The notes under the pieces: model-generated
The model's input: only the letters and a program-made list of their open reading frames with translations
Told to the model about the DNA's origin: nothing
The model's database searches: none
Assembly: GCF_037042905.1 (NCBI RefSeq)
Contig: NC_087251.1
Span: forward strand, 16,680,001-16,744,000
Direction of reading: 5' to 3'
DNA: 64,000 nt
Source of the DNA: Lytechinus pictus
Taxonomy: Eukaryota
Position numbers and translations under genes: made by a program
Shown here: positions 1-13,800 of the stretch, piece by piece
Position numbering within the stretch: the first letter of the stretch is position 1
How the letters are laid out: each line of letters opens with the position of its first letter

Positions 1-1078
1 TAATACACAGACAGAGTATTGAAACTGCACAGTATATGTCTACCAATTTGGAAACCATTCTGTTGGATGTAATTGTGTGTTGTGACTAAAAAATGGAATA
101 CTCATAGACTTGGGATTTCCTTCTTTGTAGTAGTTGGGACTTGGGAGGGGCAATATTGCAGTTTTTATCTCATTAATGATAGATCTAGTGTACATCAGAA
201 ATTACATTAAGGTTGCCTTTAATACTTTTCTTCCATCCTTAATTTAGGCAATATGCTATAACTCCACTCTTACCCTGTAGATTTCATTTTAGACAGGTCT
301 TTAATACTACATTTATTTAATGTAACCTGGATAAAAGTAAAAACTTCAGCTATGATTTCAAGGTTGTTGTTTTTTTTACTGAAATAACACTGACTTTATT
401 TTGAAGATATGTTAGTTTGTATAAATTTGTACTGCTTGCAGTTGAAATTAACACAAGAAATATAAGGAATATTAGTTAAAATGAAAAACTTACATGTACT
501 TAGATGCTAATACTATTTAGAAAATAAAACAACTTAATAAATCCATATGCAGTAAGATACATATCAACACTGATGCAAGTCTGGCAACAATAATCAACCT
601 TTTTACCAGAATACAGAAGCCATATGGTGTTCGTTTCCAGTAATCTGAACACATTTTCCGAAGTCAAATCATGTATCCTTGAAAACATCATTACATGCTT
701 CAATTATCACCCTTGTATGAATGTGCAGAGTAAATTTGTATAGTGCTCATTACAGCTATCAATCATAATAGGTAAAGAATTATTACAATTCTTAATGAGT
801 AGCCTATCCCTGATTTTATCGTTCAAGCTGAATTATTTGTGTGTACTTGTAAATGTAATTGCTGTTCTTCCTTTTGTCATTTGTCCCTTATTTTCACTGT
901 TTGCTACATTGGAATCAAATCAAGATTCTCTTTCTCTTTGATGAAAACATAAACATTAAAAACATGAATATGAAGTAGATGTGTCTGTTTGTTCTCTATG
1001 TCCAAATAAATGTTATGTTTTTGCCTGGATGAATTAGCTCTCTTTATTGAAGTTCTAAGTGCTTGAAAGGGCATCTTA

Positions 1079-1692
1079 GAGCCTGTTCAGACCGGCAGAG
1101 ATAGCGCGATCTAGCGCGCGCTAGATCGCGCTATCTCTGCGGTGTGGAAGGTACAACGTCGTTTCGGTCCGCCCAACAGCGAGCCACGGCGAGCCAAAAA
1201 GGCGTGCCACTGGAGCACCTCTTGGGGGTGGTCCACGAGAGATAGCGCGGTCTAGCGCGCGCTAGATCGCGCTATCTCTGCCGGTGTGAACCCGAGCTAC
1301 GATAGCACGCCGGAAGTCTGCTGTGATCACGTCCACAAACACAGTTAAAATACAAGTCTAGAATCTAGATTAATCAAATTAGAAATACATGCACAATGTA
1401 TACAACGCCATGAAATAAACGTAGGCCGGCTAGCATAATAGGCACAGCGATATCGAGCTCTCAACTAACTAGTACGGGTTCGTAATAGCGCGCGAAATCT
1501 TTGACCGCTCTGACCTCATGACGTCACGCGTCATGGCAACAGGACCTCTCAAAAAAGGGGGTGCTACGATAGACCGCGCTATCTCACTGCGGTGTGAATC
1601 CGGCGAATGCCAATGGGCGGACCGTGGATCGCGCTACGATAGCGCGATCCACGGTCCGCCCACGGTCCCCCCCTTGCGGTGTGAACAGCCTC
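1079..1692. mobile_element. non-autonomous DNA transposon (PIF/Harbinger-like MITE) with nested palindromes
   Basis: Imperfect TIRs gagcctgttcagacc / ggtgtgaacagcctc, flanked by tta / taa; very CpG-rich compared with the host intron. Confidence 0.75.
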
Positions 1693-1761
1693 TAACATAT
1701 ATTACTCGAGTTTTACTAGATTTGTTGACATTCAAATGTATGCATCATTTTATAATTGCAG

Positions 1762-1878
1762 CGTTTTTCACCGGATATGCAGTATGTGGTATCGATTGGG
1801 GAGCAACATGACATGGTTGTCAATGTGTGGGACTGGAAGAAGAATATCAAGCACTCATCTGGAAAGATTGCAGCCCAG
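1762..1878 (+). CDS. MAPKBP1: MAPKBP1/WDR62-like exon 1 in window ([10 protein letters not shown]...KIAAQ)
   Basis: ttgcag| acceptor, CAG|gtaaga donor, phase 0/0; WD40 repeat. The first codon reads R where homologues, as recalled, have A. Confidence 0.88.
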
Positions 1879-4800
1879 GTAAGACACAACGTTAAGATTT
1901 TATTAGCCTTCGGAACTTGGTGATCTGTAAGGAATAAAGACCAAGGTTAAGATGATGAGTCATGTACAATGATTGCCTTCTTTGGAGCTGAAGCATGACT
2001 TAAAATCGTCCCAACTCTACCCTCCCTCTTTCCCCAATCAGTGAATGAAATCATCACAATAAAGGTGGCTAAGAAATCTATTCAAATAGTTTTGATATAT
2101 TTGTCAATTTCATTCACCAGCTGGAAATTAGCCATTCAAATATTTTTAGCGTTCTCTTAAATATCACATTAATTTCTTTACCTCATATTTGATTCCTTTG
2201 CGTTAGGGAATCCTTTCATAGATATTGAACAAAAGTTCTTCCACCAGCCACACTTTAAACATGGATCTGATACCAAATACGAAAACAAGAAATTCTTTTG
2301 CCCACAATGTACTTTGTATTTGGAAGTTGTTTGTGACATATTTTACAGCAAGTATTCATCACAGTAGAGATACATGTGCTGCATCAGGAGAGGAAGAGAT
2401 TTATAAGGAAGAATCACCCCCAAGTGTCCTTGTTTTATGACCTCTTATCCTACCAAATTACATCCCAAGTCCAGTTTTAATTAATCCTCCATCCAGGCCA
2501 AGACCATCAATGCCTATCAACTCCAAATTCTTTTCTTGAAGATGATGCTGCTCTGCCATTATACGGTCAATGACACAGGTCAGGTCTTGCTTTCAGGAAT
2601 GCTTAGATGGAAACTCCTGATGTGTTTACACCAAGAAACTGTCATTGGTATGCTTGATTACTTGTTTCCTCTCAGAAACATCAATGGATCTAGTCTCTCA
2701 TCCCATCCTAGATCATTTTACCCTTGACCAAGGCTTGAGCTATAAATCATGGCTCTTGATATGATGAGATGGCTACCTGGAAAGTGTATTGATGAGTTCA
2801 ATGTTTCAAGTGCTATCTAAGTGTGTTGTTCTGTATCTTATGTCCTTGCCTTTCCTTTTTTAAATCTCTTGTTTTTTAGTAGCCTTTTTATCTCTTCAAT
2901 ATCTTCTTACACTCACAAAAAAAATGTTTGTAGTTGAAATGTTGAGAAACAACATTCAGTTGATTACTACAATTTTTACTGGTCAAGTATATTATCTCGA
3001 GTGCTGTAGGTCATCTTACACTTGACCAGGACTTGACCGGTAATCTTGTTTTTGATGAGGATGTTTGAATAACTTCCTGGAAAGTAAATCAAGTAGGATA
3101 GGAACAGCAAGTCCATTCTCTGGTGAAGTTATTCTGGTTACTGGTATGTCATATATGGATATGATGGTTTCTACTATCAAGCCTGATTTTTCTCAGGATG
3201 AGATGTCTGTTCTGTTGCACCAGCTTCTTAAGTTTATTGGTGCCTTCCCCAACAGATTGTGTGCTATAACAGTTTGCACTGACTAATTTTATTCCTTAGA
3301 TATACTACATCCTTGTCAACAGTTAAAGCTATAAAAACTCAACAATCTTGAAATTACATGGGAGAAAGTTAAATTTGACCATTCTGAGCACTTTTATTTA
3401 AACACTTCTCATATAGTTCTATAATGATTACGTTTACAACCAGCACCAAAGTGTGTTTAAGGTACTATGAGACATTTAATCAAAATGAGGCATTGTCTAT
3501 TCATAAAAATGCAGAAGAGAGAAAATGTGTTTTTGCTCACTTCATGAATAATTTTAATGGAAGCACTCTCTTATCCACTATTAAATTCTAGTGTAACCCT
3601 AAATCAAAATTCTAGTGGATTTCCTTTTAAAAGTGATTACAAATCATTCTTAATGGAATCAATCAACATCAAAATGGTGGTGAGTTGTTATTTTTTAAGA
3701 GTGAAGCCCACTACAAAGTGTAATTTAAGAATATTGATTTGAGAGTTGAAAACCTGTCTGAAGTAGTGAGGAATCACTCTTCTAAGAGTGAAACCAATTT
3801 TGAAGATTAGACTTATGTTTTATGAATGCTACGGGTATAATGAACATTGCTCTTAGAGCACGTCTGTTTTATGAAGCGAGGATGTAAGGATGCATTCACT
3901 TTGAATCAAATGATAATTAACAATCACTCCTCACACATTGAAGTTTTCCCTGTACATTCAGTTCAAAGAGAGTCTTTATACTCCTCCTATTGCTGATGTC
4001 CTTCTGTGGTGATATTCTCATTAGAAGCATCTGTGCTATCTCCCATCTCCAATCAATTGACGAAACACTATCGTATCATTGATCCACTACGGATCATCTA
4101 ACCTTGACATAAAATGAGAAGGCATCTCACACTCTCATAAACAAAGGGCTACGTGTGCGCAGAGGGAAATTATATGTGAAGAAATGTGCAGGTTACTACT
4201 TTAATATATTTGCAGGTGCATAATGTAGCAATATTTAACAAGCAAATTTGGAACACAGGAGATGGATCCTTGTTTTCAGAATGTTCTGAAAAGCAAAGAA
4301 ACCCCACCCCCAAATACAATCCAAGAAAGGATGCAGAATTTTGCTAAATTAAAATCTCACTCAAAAAGCAGAGGCACAATGTTGAGTTTTGTCAAAAGAG
4401 GGAGAGAGGCATACATGTGCTCCCTGTAACCTTGTGGGTCTGCATACATGTGTCTCAATTTGTTAACCTCGGAACTCTCATTTATCGAAGTTCAATCGTG
4501 ATAGTACATGTTACAGCAGCTGTTATAATTTGTAGCAGCAATATTATTACATAAAAATCCTTTCAGAAGATGGAATTATGCACAAGTGCAAATGTGATTG
4601 TGGTTTTTAAATTTTATCTTTTCTGGTCAACCTCATTGACATGTAAACAGGAACAAAAGGAGACAATCATAAACATGATCATTTAATAGAGTGGATTATA
4701 TTTAGGTGCTACAATTTTTTTGCTATCATGTAATGAACTTCTGGTATTGTAGATCAAAAGGAAGTAACAGATAATTAACAACTTTGACCTGCCCTAACTT

Positions 4801-7800
4801 GCCTCTGAAGTACTTCTCTGCCACTGTATAGGTTGGTATTTTTGTAAAATTTATACAAAACATTTTGTTTGCATGTACATGTAGAAGTCATATTTGTTAG
4901 CCAATGTAGCACTATTAACCAAATGATACATTTTAGCACCATTCTTTGGAGAGAAAAATGATTAGAAAGAGAGATCATAGATTTTAATGAGGTTCTTCCA
5001 ATTTTTTTATTTTGTTTATTTATAGTATAATAATTATATGTAATTTCTCCATATTCTCTATCTCTTTCTCTCCATCTCCACTTTATCTTCTCCTATTGTT
5101 ACTTTTCCTTTTCTTTTACCTTGCTCTCTTCCCTCTCCTTTATTTTCCTTTTTATCAGCTCTACACATCCATACAATGAGTGAATCGGAGAAGGGCTGTA
5201 ATGTTGATATCCAGTTCTCTTATTTAAAGGGTGAACAGTTCTGTTATCGCATGCCAATGAATTTTACTACATGGTGTCCTCATTCCACCAAGTTTATCTA
5301 CATGTAATATCATGAATGATGAAACCATAATGAATACATTTATCACAGAGGTACTAGACACTGGATTTAACCAAATTGTTAAAATATGCCTACTAAATAT
5401 GTGCAATACAAGATGCCCTCATTCTACCAAGTTTCATTATACATCAGAGAGGTGTAAGTGGATGATACCCAATTCTCTAGTCAATGATTAAAGTATGAAC
5501 AGTGCTATTATAGCATGCCAATGCACTGTAAACTGCTCAGTTTCCCTATACAAGATGTCCTCATTCCACAAAGTTAATCAACTTGTAGTATCATGAATGA
5601 TGAAACCATAATGAATACATGTATCACAGAGGTGCTAGACATTTGATTTAACCAAATTGTTAAAATATGAAGAGTGCTATTATAGCATGCCATTGCACTG
5701 TACACTATTGCTCTGTTTTCTAGTTTCCCAATACAAGATGTCCTCATTCATCAAAGTTTATCTAGTATCATCAAACCATAGTAAACATATGACATGTGTT
5801 AGTCTAGACAACACCATACAGCTGTTGGGTTCAGAGCTATAAAACTGTGTCTCCACTAGCTTTGTTTGGCAGTGTTTTTATATCTAGTAAAATATTACTT
5901 ACATTTATTGATTTATATCCTATATGAAGGAATTCTTTAACACAACTCAGGATGAATTTAAATTTTGCCTTGAGTAAAAATTCTAGATTTATTTTTATCT
6001 AATGAAGATATTAAAGTAGTTAAAATTATGCAAATCTTGCTTTATTTTTTATATATTCACAAAAGTTAGTTATTATACAATGGCTAATAATGAAAGCCAT
6101 TTTTCTCATTTCAGATTACACAATGCTATAGCTCAACTATGGTATTAAAATAAAGGTTACTTAAAATCAAGAATGTTATATTTCATGACTCCCTTTGTTC
6201 CATTGTCGGAGCAATGATAATTTATAATGAACCTCAAGTGAATAAGAATTCGAAACATGTTATATATTTTTTAAATGTTTTTAGAATACTAAAATGCTGT
6301 TAATAATGTAGTAGCACTTTATATCTTATTAATTATCTCTTGAGAGCCAAAAGGGAATTAAATTACACATTACATACTATCAGATCAGTGCTTCATAACT
6401 GATTTCTAAGTTCATGCAATACTCTATGAGTAAATAACTGTTGTTGACCACATACTACTGTAATGTGTGCGGTAATCGGATAATCCCATTACTGATGTTT
6501 ATTACACATTCTGGGTTAATTTAGTTAATAACCTAATTGAGTCGTCGACATCAAGGATTCTTTTCTAGATATGACCCTATTGACCTTGTTTATCAGATTA
6601 CAATTCATGAAATTCATTTTGCAGAGATCATTGTGCAGCCATACACTTATGCAGCTTTAAATTTTTACTACTGGAATGAGAGATACAGCATGTACAAACA
6701 GGCATATTTGCACATGCTCAATACTCAATACTCCCTCATTTGCCAATAGTATGTTTAGTATGTATTTCCATCTGCCTGAAGCAATGATGACGGGTTAGGC
6801 GACTCTCTATCTCTTATCCCACCCTATTTTCTCTTTTTCCTCACTCTCTCTTTTTGCATGCACTCTTCTTTTCCTCCCAATCTTGCTACCTTTTTGTTGT
6901 TTTTAAGAAGTGCACTCATTTGCTTATTCAGGTAATTGTATTATAGATGCTTAGGATATCATTTTTTTTCATTTTAATAACTTTCTCAACTCATGTCTTT
7001 ACTTTCACCTCCTCTCTGTTTCTCTTGCTCTCTTCACCCCCACATTTAATAGCTTCCTCTGTTTCCTTTACCCTTTACCTTCCCCCCTCCCTCCCACCCT
7101 CTTAGACTTTCCGACCCCTCCCCTCTCTGAATCTTTGATCACTCTTGCATTGATCAATGTTCTAGAACTACCACGCTTCAGGTATCATTTTTCATTGATG
7201 TATGTGTCTGGGAGGAAGCTACTCTGGTGACATTCATGCAGCGCTTGTCTCTTATCTGCCTCTTTTTAGCACGAGCGTCTGTTTAACTGCAGAAACCCAA
7301 TAGTTCAATGCACATATAATTTTAGAAACCCAACATCAAGGAATCTCTCCTTTCATTTGTTTTTGGTGATAGCTAAAAAAAGGCAAACAGTTATGGCTGC
7401 TTTAGAGCTCTGACAGCTAAATAATTTCTTACATGTTATTTTCCTTTTCCTCAAGTCCAAGTCCACCTTATAATACTTATGAATTATGTAAGTTAAGAAG
7501 TTTTGAAGTCTGATAGTGCTGAAACAATGAACTGCATATATTGTTTGTATGCAAATCAATGAATCAGTGATGACATATCTTCAGGTTTTAGTGTGATTCA
7601 GTTATTGTACTTGCAATTATTGTTTTATTAGTTTATAAAAAAAAAACCTCCTTTGCATCTTAATAAAATACTATTTTGGTTAAAATACATTCCAATACAA
7701 ACTGCACATGTGCTACTTGTTAGAACAGTAAGAATGGTATGGGTTCCCTGTCAGTTTGATTTGTGATCTCAGTTGGAAGAAAAATAATAGAGAAATTATT

Positions 7801-10800
7801 CTTTAAAAATTACAATGCATGGGTTATGTGACTTCCCCATTGCAAAGATCTTTTGGAACTGAAAATGAAACCATGGAGCAATTATTTGATTTCCACTTTT
7901 CCATCCCCCACTAATTGAGTAGAAAATGAATACTTGGCATTTCCAACCATTGCAAAGTTGATCATGAGGACAGACAATTAATAATTCAATTATTTGCCAC
8001 ATCCCAAGCCAAATTTTCAACTGGAATGGAGGACAGCAGGAGGAAAGGAAAATTTGTTAGATATCAGAACACTGAAAAGAGTAAAAATAAAATAATAAAA
8101 AAGTAAAAAAAAAGAAAAGAAAAAAAGTGTAACACCATTGTGCTAGATGATTGCTGATGAAATTGTTAGCTTGAACTCCTTATTGGAAAATGCCAGAATT
8201 AGAGTGACAGTATGTGTTTGTGTTTGAGAGAATGAGACAGAGGGAGCGGACAGCGAGACACAAGGCAGAAGACTCACAGACAGATAGACACAGGCTCGCA
8301 TACAAAGAGAAACAGATAGGTTTAATTAATAACAGGTTATCACAAAGTTTTACATGTATATAAAATCTATTACAGAAATTAAGATGGAGATACAGAAAGA
8401 TTGAATTACGCGTAGAGAAATGATAAGTAGAACAGCATATGATCTCATTCATCTATCTTCATAATTTAAAGCTGAAAGTTTGAGACGATGTTCATTCGGT
8501 CTCATGCAACTCGTCTTTTTTGCTCCAAAACTGGGTATAAGCTTCATTAAGAAGACAAACCGCAGATATTTTTGTATCAAGCAAGCTTCATTTTAAGACA
8601 TGACATCACTATCACCTTTTAATAGCAAGCTCACTTCTTGTATTTACCCGCTATGGTTCAAACCTTGTGACATTTATTGTGAATATTGACAATTTTGACT
8701 CCCTTGTGGTTGTTATCTCTCTTAGGGGCTGGGGGTATCTGGCAAGACATTTACACAATAAATGTCAAATGAAGAATTGAGGTATAGAGGGAAAGGTGAT
8801 AAGAATTCATGACGGTATTATAGATATTTAATGTGTGTGACTTTTTAGATCTATGCAATACTTTGAGAAGATATTTTGTAGATTCAGATCCACTATATCT
8901 GTCAATTCTTTCTTATCAGAATTTTATTTTTTTCTTAGACAGGTGGTCATTATGCATTTTTTTTTCATTTTATATATAATGCTGTAGGCCTTGACTACAT
9001 ATCCATGATTTAAAGTGATGATTGGAGACACAATCTGTAGTTGTATCATACAGTGATTCTAAATAAGAAATTCTTGTACAAGGCATATTATCAGTGGGTT
9101 TAAATTAGGGACTTGCATTATTAAGAGGAACCATTGCATTCCTAGACATCAACTATTTCCATAAACTGTAAATATAGAACCAGTTGCCATGAGGATGAAT
9201 TGGGATAAATGGCTCTGACATCACTTGATAAATAAAGAAAATGAACTTCCCCCAATATAGGCACATAATCAGCTGTTCTTAAATTTATAATGAAATTTCA
9301 GTTTATTTCTGTTTATTGCTCAAATTTGCATGAATAAACTTCCTTTTATTGATATTTTCTGCTGTTTAAAATATCCTGCAGGTATATGTTTATTGCATTA
9401 AAATTTGGCTCAGGCTTGTTCACATTCGAGGGAAAGCTTCAGTCTATGGAATTACTTCACACTTTTTAAAACTTATACAGTTATTATTTTCCTAGTCTGA
9501 ATAGGGGTTTTTCATGCTTCTGGTTTTGACACAGTGTTTCTATTAGGGGGACCCCATTCAGGAAGCGCATCGTAAAGGGATCATGCCTTAGGAAATTGAG
9601 CGTTTCTTATTGGATTGTTAATCTCCCTGAACCATTTGAAGGCACAATCCCTGAAGTCCCCAATGAGTTGGTCAAGATCAGTCAAATGGGTTGGGCTCAA
9701 GCCAGGATGAGCTAAAAGAGAAACATGATATTAAAAGGAAAAAACGTATTATATCACCTGACAGCGTTGGATCCCAAGACACATTCCTCAGAGGGCCATT
9801 GAATTTGATATTTACACCGAAACTCTTTGAATAATATTTGATAATTTGTCATTACATGTGTATAATGTTGAAGGTGTTAACACAATAAGCTCATAATTTT
9901 ATTTCTACAAGATTGATGATCAGAATCTCAATGAAGATACAGTATATAACTAACAATTCTCAAATCCTTCAACATTAGTCATAATAATGAAAGCTGAGGC
10001 AGACTGAGCAGTGTGTAAAGAGAAAGTAATATTTTTTCATTTATGTACTTCTGATATCAGTAGCATTTATGTCTGTTTGAAACTGATCATGAAGTAAAGT
10101 AAGGAAGTATGTGCTCTTAGCAGGGGACCAACATCTGAAAAGGCCTCTCTGAGGTTTCATACATTACTATTAATGACACTGGTGTATTGCATGCAGCTTT
10201 GCTTTAAACCTCAACTAGAGAGAAAAAAGGATGATATTGGACATAGCAAAAGTGCCTTTAAGATGCATGTTCATTCTGCTACAAATAGGGGAAGTCCTCA
10301 AGATTAGGATTCATCCGCATGAAATCATTGGCAAGGGGTGTACATCTATTTTGTAGTTTTATAATGGAGGAAATTAATGCGAGGAAACATAATGTTTATA
10401 TTGACAATAACATATTTAATCATCAATATAGGATTTCCCTCTTCAATAAATATGACTTTCAATGATTGATGATCACTCTCTTGGTTGTCATTAAAAAGAG
10501 AGATACTCACAAGACATCAAATATTGGACATAAAAATCATAAAGGACATGAATCATTAGAATAATGAAAAATATTTAATGTCTCTATTTCAAATCTCATT
10601 GAAAAAGTTTGTAGATTATATTGTAAAATAACCTCTTTAAAATATAGGCTTAACATACCTTCTGTCACTGAGCTGCAAAAGATTTTTTTTTTTTTTTCAA
10701 TACATATAGTTTGGTAGCATTTTAACGCTATTTACTTTTCTTTGATTTTCACAGAGCTGTTTTGCCCATCATAAATTTTGTACAATCTCTGAGAAAATTG

Positions 10801-13800
10801 AAATGCTGTTGTGGCTGTCATCCATATTAGAACATAGAAGTTCATCTCCGTTTGAGAAGTAATCAGAAATGATGAGTGCATTTAAGGTCGCATTTCTTAT
10901 TGTTTTTCATTTCATTGACCTTTTCTCGATGTTCACCTTGCAGCTCCCATGTGTTTTGAATAATATTGATAACCCGCTAAGGTCCAAGAGCCTGATTCAT
11001 ATTACATACTTCAGTTCTAGGTACATGGGATTTATTATAGATAACTTTGTTTTCAGCCTCTTGCCATACCCCCAGGAAAGCCTCGCTGTCAGAATTGATA
11101 CTTGCTGGCATTTATTTTCACCCTTCTACCCCCTCCTTGCTTTGTTTTCTTTCCCCTTCCATTCCCCCTCCCTTCCCCCATCTATGTTCCATTCTTTTCC
11201 AAGTTTTTATCATAAGCCAGTGACGAGTTCAAAGTGATATAGGTTAGATTGTGGTATTACACTGGAATAACAGGTGAGTTATGCTCTGTTTAGACAACGT
11301 AAAAAATTGAAATCATAACTACACAACAAATTTTTACGATGACAAAACAACAACATACGTATGACAATCAACTCAATTTGCTGTTGATCTCAATCAAATC
11401 TTAACTCAACAATTTTGGATTTATATCAAATATCAGAACAAATTTCTTGAGTCTGAACAGACTTTAACAAAATTTTTAGATTAACCTTTTTATCTGCAAT
11501 CTTGTATCTCAGTCCCAGATACTTTCAGTTGTCTCCCTCTGTTTCCGAGTAACAGTAGTGGATTCTCTTGTTAGCTGCTTACGTCATCTTAGGGGGGTTT
11601 ATAGCTGCTGGTGGTGGCAAGAACATATTGGTTGGAATTTAAATTTTGCATTGGCTAGATTTTACAAATCAGGGCAAGGGATGAAGGGAACATGTAGACT
11701 GAAGGGATATTCTAAGAAGTTGTAATCAATTGCAACAATATTTCATGTCTAGTATAAATGAGCGATTTGTCTTTCAATTATTGATTGCTGACTTGCTTTT
11801 TGCAACAAAAGTATAAAATGATTTGCCATTGTTGAAATTTGTCTGTCTATTGTGATTTGTAATTGAAATTTGATGTTAGTCAAATCTAGGTCCATGGCCA
11901 AATACTTGTAATGTAAGTTTCTAGAATAAACCCCAATATGTAATTGTCTGTTCTTTGATATGTAACATTTTGTAAATTTGCAAAGGGACTTTTTTCTCAA
12001 TTCAATTTCAAATTATGTTATTCTTGAAAAATCAAATTATCATCTAGTTGTACTTTCATAATGACTTTGGAATAAGAAAAGGGAGTAACAAAATAAACAC
12101 TTGATGAATAAGAACCACCTATTCTTTCATTGAGGTTTTATTTTTCTTTTAAATGAATTAAAAAAAAAAATCAAATATCAAGTCCTATTTACACTGCACC
12201 TTCACATCAAAGCTCTGTCCATGAATAGCCATTTTCCAGTGACACAATGTCTATTGAGCCACATATCCCCTTCTTCAGGCACATTAGTGACTTTGCAAAA
12301 ACAGACACAAACATCAACAAGCAAGAGTAACTTTGGATCCCTACTCCACCCTTACGAAACCACCAGCTCCTATAGATAGCAACCAAACGAGTCCCTTATC
12401 AACTTGTTTAGCTACTCAGCTTTCATAACTTGGCTTCTGCTAACTATCTTGGCATCCCTTCTTCCTTTATATTCCTTCTCTGAGGCATTGTGGGAAATCG
12501 TCTAAAGCACCACCCGTTAGGTAATGTGAATTAGAGGCTTCCGCTTCTGGTTATAGATGTTGCGTCGAGGGCAGTGACACGTGTGATTGAATTTATGTGA
12601 GCCTTTCCTGTTCTTGGTTTCCAGTGCTTTATATGATTTGGGTGGTCCCAGGACTGGGCTCTGCCCGCTGCCCATCTCTCTATTTTTTTTTATAAGTTTG
12701 CTTTTATTTAGTGCTTCTAATGACATTGTGAAGAAATAAGTGAATTCCTAAGTTTTTAAAAATCGTTTACCATTAGGTCTACTTTTAATCATTACTATAC
12801 ATGGTTATAAAGATCACCTGTCAATACAGTATGCAGTCTTTCTTTCCCTTGTATATAGTTTCTTATCAAAACATCTAATATGGAAGCTTGTCATTAATTT
12901 TTCAGGTTTTCATGTTCTTAACATAGTTAGGAATTGATATGCTCAGTCTCCTGTAAAACTTGTGTTGTCACTATTGATCTCTTGGTTAATAATCACTGTA
13001 GCTTTGATTTTAAATAACTCTTGTTTTTTTCTTTAAAAAATAAACTAAATTTAGTTTCAGAGCTTCAGGCCTAGGAGATTGTTTTGGTACTGTCTTACCT
13101 CATATCAATTTTAACTAGCATCATATTCAGTTCAGGAAAATAATGAGATGCAATATTGTAGTGAGAGATATTTTGTCATATACTCATATTCTCATTTCTT
13201 CAGCTGCATATCCTCAAGGTTCAATAAATCCCTTTCCCTAAAAATAACATCAAAAAGACATCAGAGTTTAGAATTTGTCATTTCCATTCTTGTCTTTATC
13301 TCCTGTGCTTCAGGTGACGGGATTGGCATTCTCTGAAGATGGAAGCTTCTTTATCGCCGTGGGCAACCGATGCGTCAAGTTCTACTACCTCATGGGCAAG
13401 AGTAGGGTAAGTTTACTTTAGGAAGTCAGAGGTTCTAAAAGATAACATCCTCTGTTTATTAACCCACTGTCAATCTGATGGTGCCTGTTCTAAGCCTATC
13501 AGAATGAGAGAATTTAGTAGTCATCTGGTTAACAAGTGGAAGATAAGAAATGTATCAACACACAATGAAAGATCCAAACACTTGAATGAGATTAGTCAGA
13601 CAGATGTCATGAGGTTAGATTTTGTCAAGTTGCATTAATATTGAATGTAACGTCTTTGATGAATGTTGACAAGCTTATAATAATGAACAAATTAGCTTCT
13701 GTGCTGAATTATTATTTGTCTTCAGTTTCCTTCTTTGTGCTTTTCTTTGTTCTCTTTCGTTTTGCAAAATCATCACATATACATTGGGGAACGCATTTTC

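Noticed and set aside
1518..1811. 97-aa ORF
   Set aside because: Starts inside a MITE and runs into exon 1 in a different frame.
2400..3290. Possible decayed retroelement coding fragments
   Set aside because: No convincing RT, endonuclease or GIY-YIG motif could be read.
9585..9711. Possible minus-strand exon (HPGLSPTHL...FPKA*) of a nested gene in the 11.4-kb intron
   Set aside because: Only an acceptor-like site and about 40 codons; no homology or partner exons.
10865..11000. Possible intronic C/D snoRNA (ATGATGA ... CTGA)
   Set aside because: Weak terminal stem and no rRNA/snRNA complementarity I could recognise; a snoscan/Rfam hit would be needed.
6400..12720. Several higher-complexity patches in the long intron that could be conserved enhancers
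   Set aside because: Cannot be supported without cross-species alignment or chromatin data.
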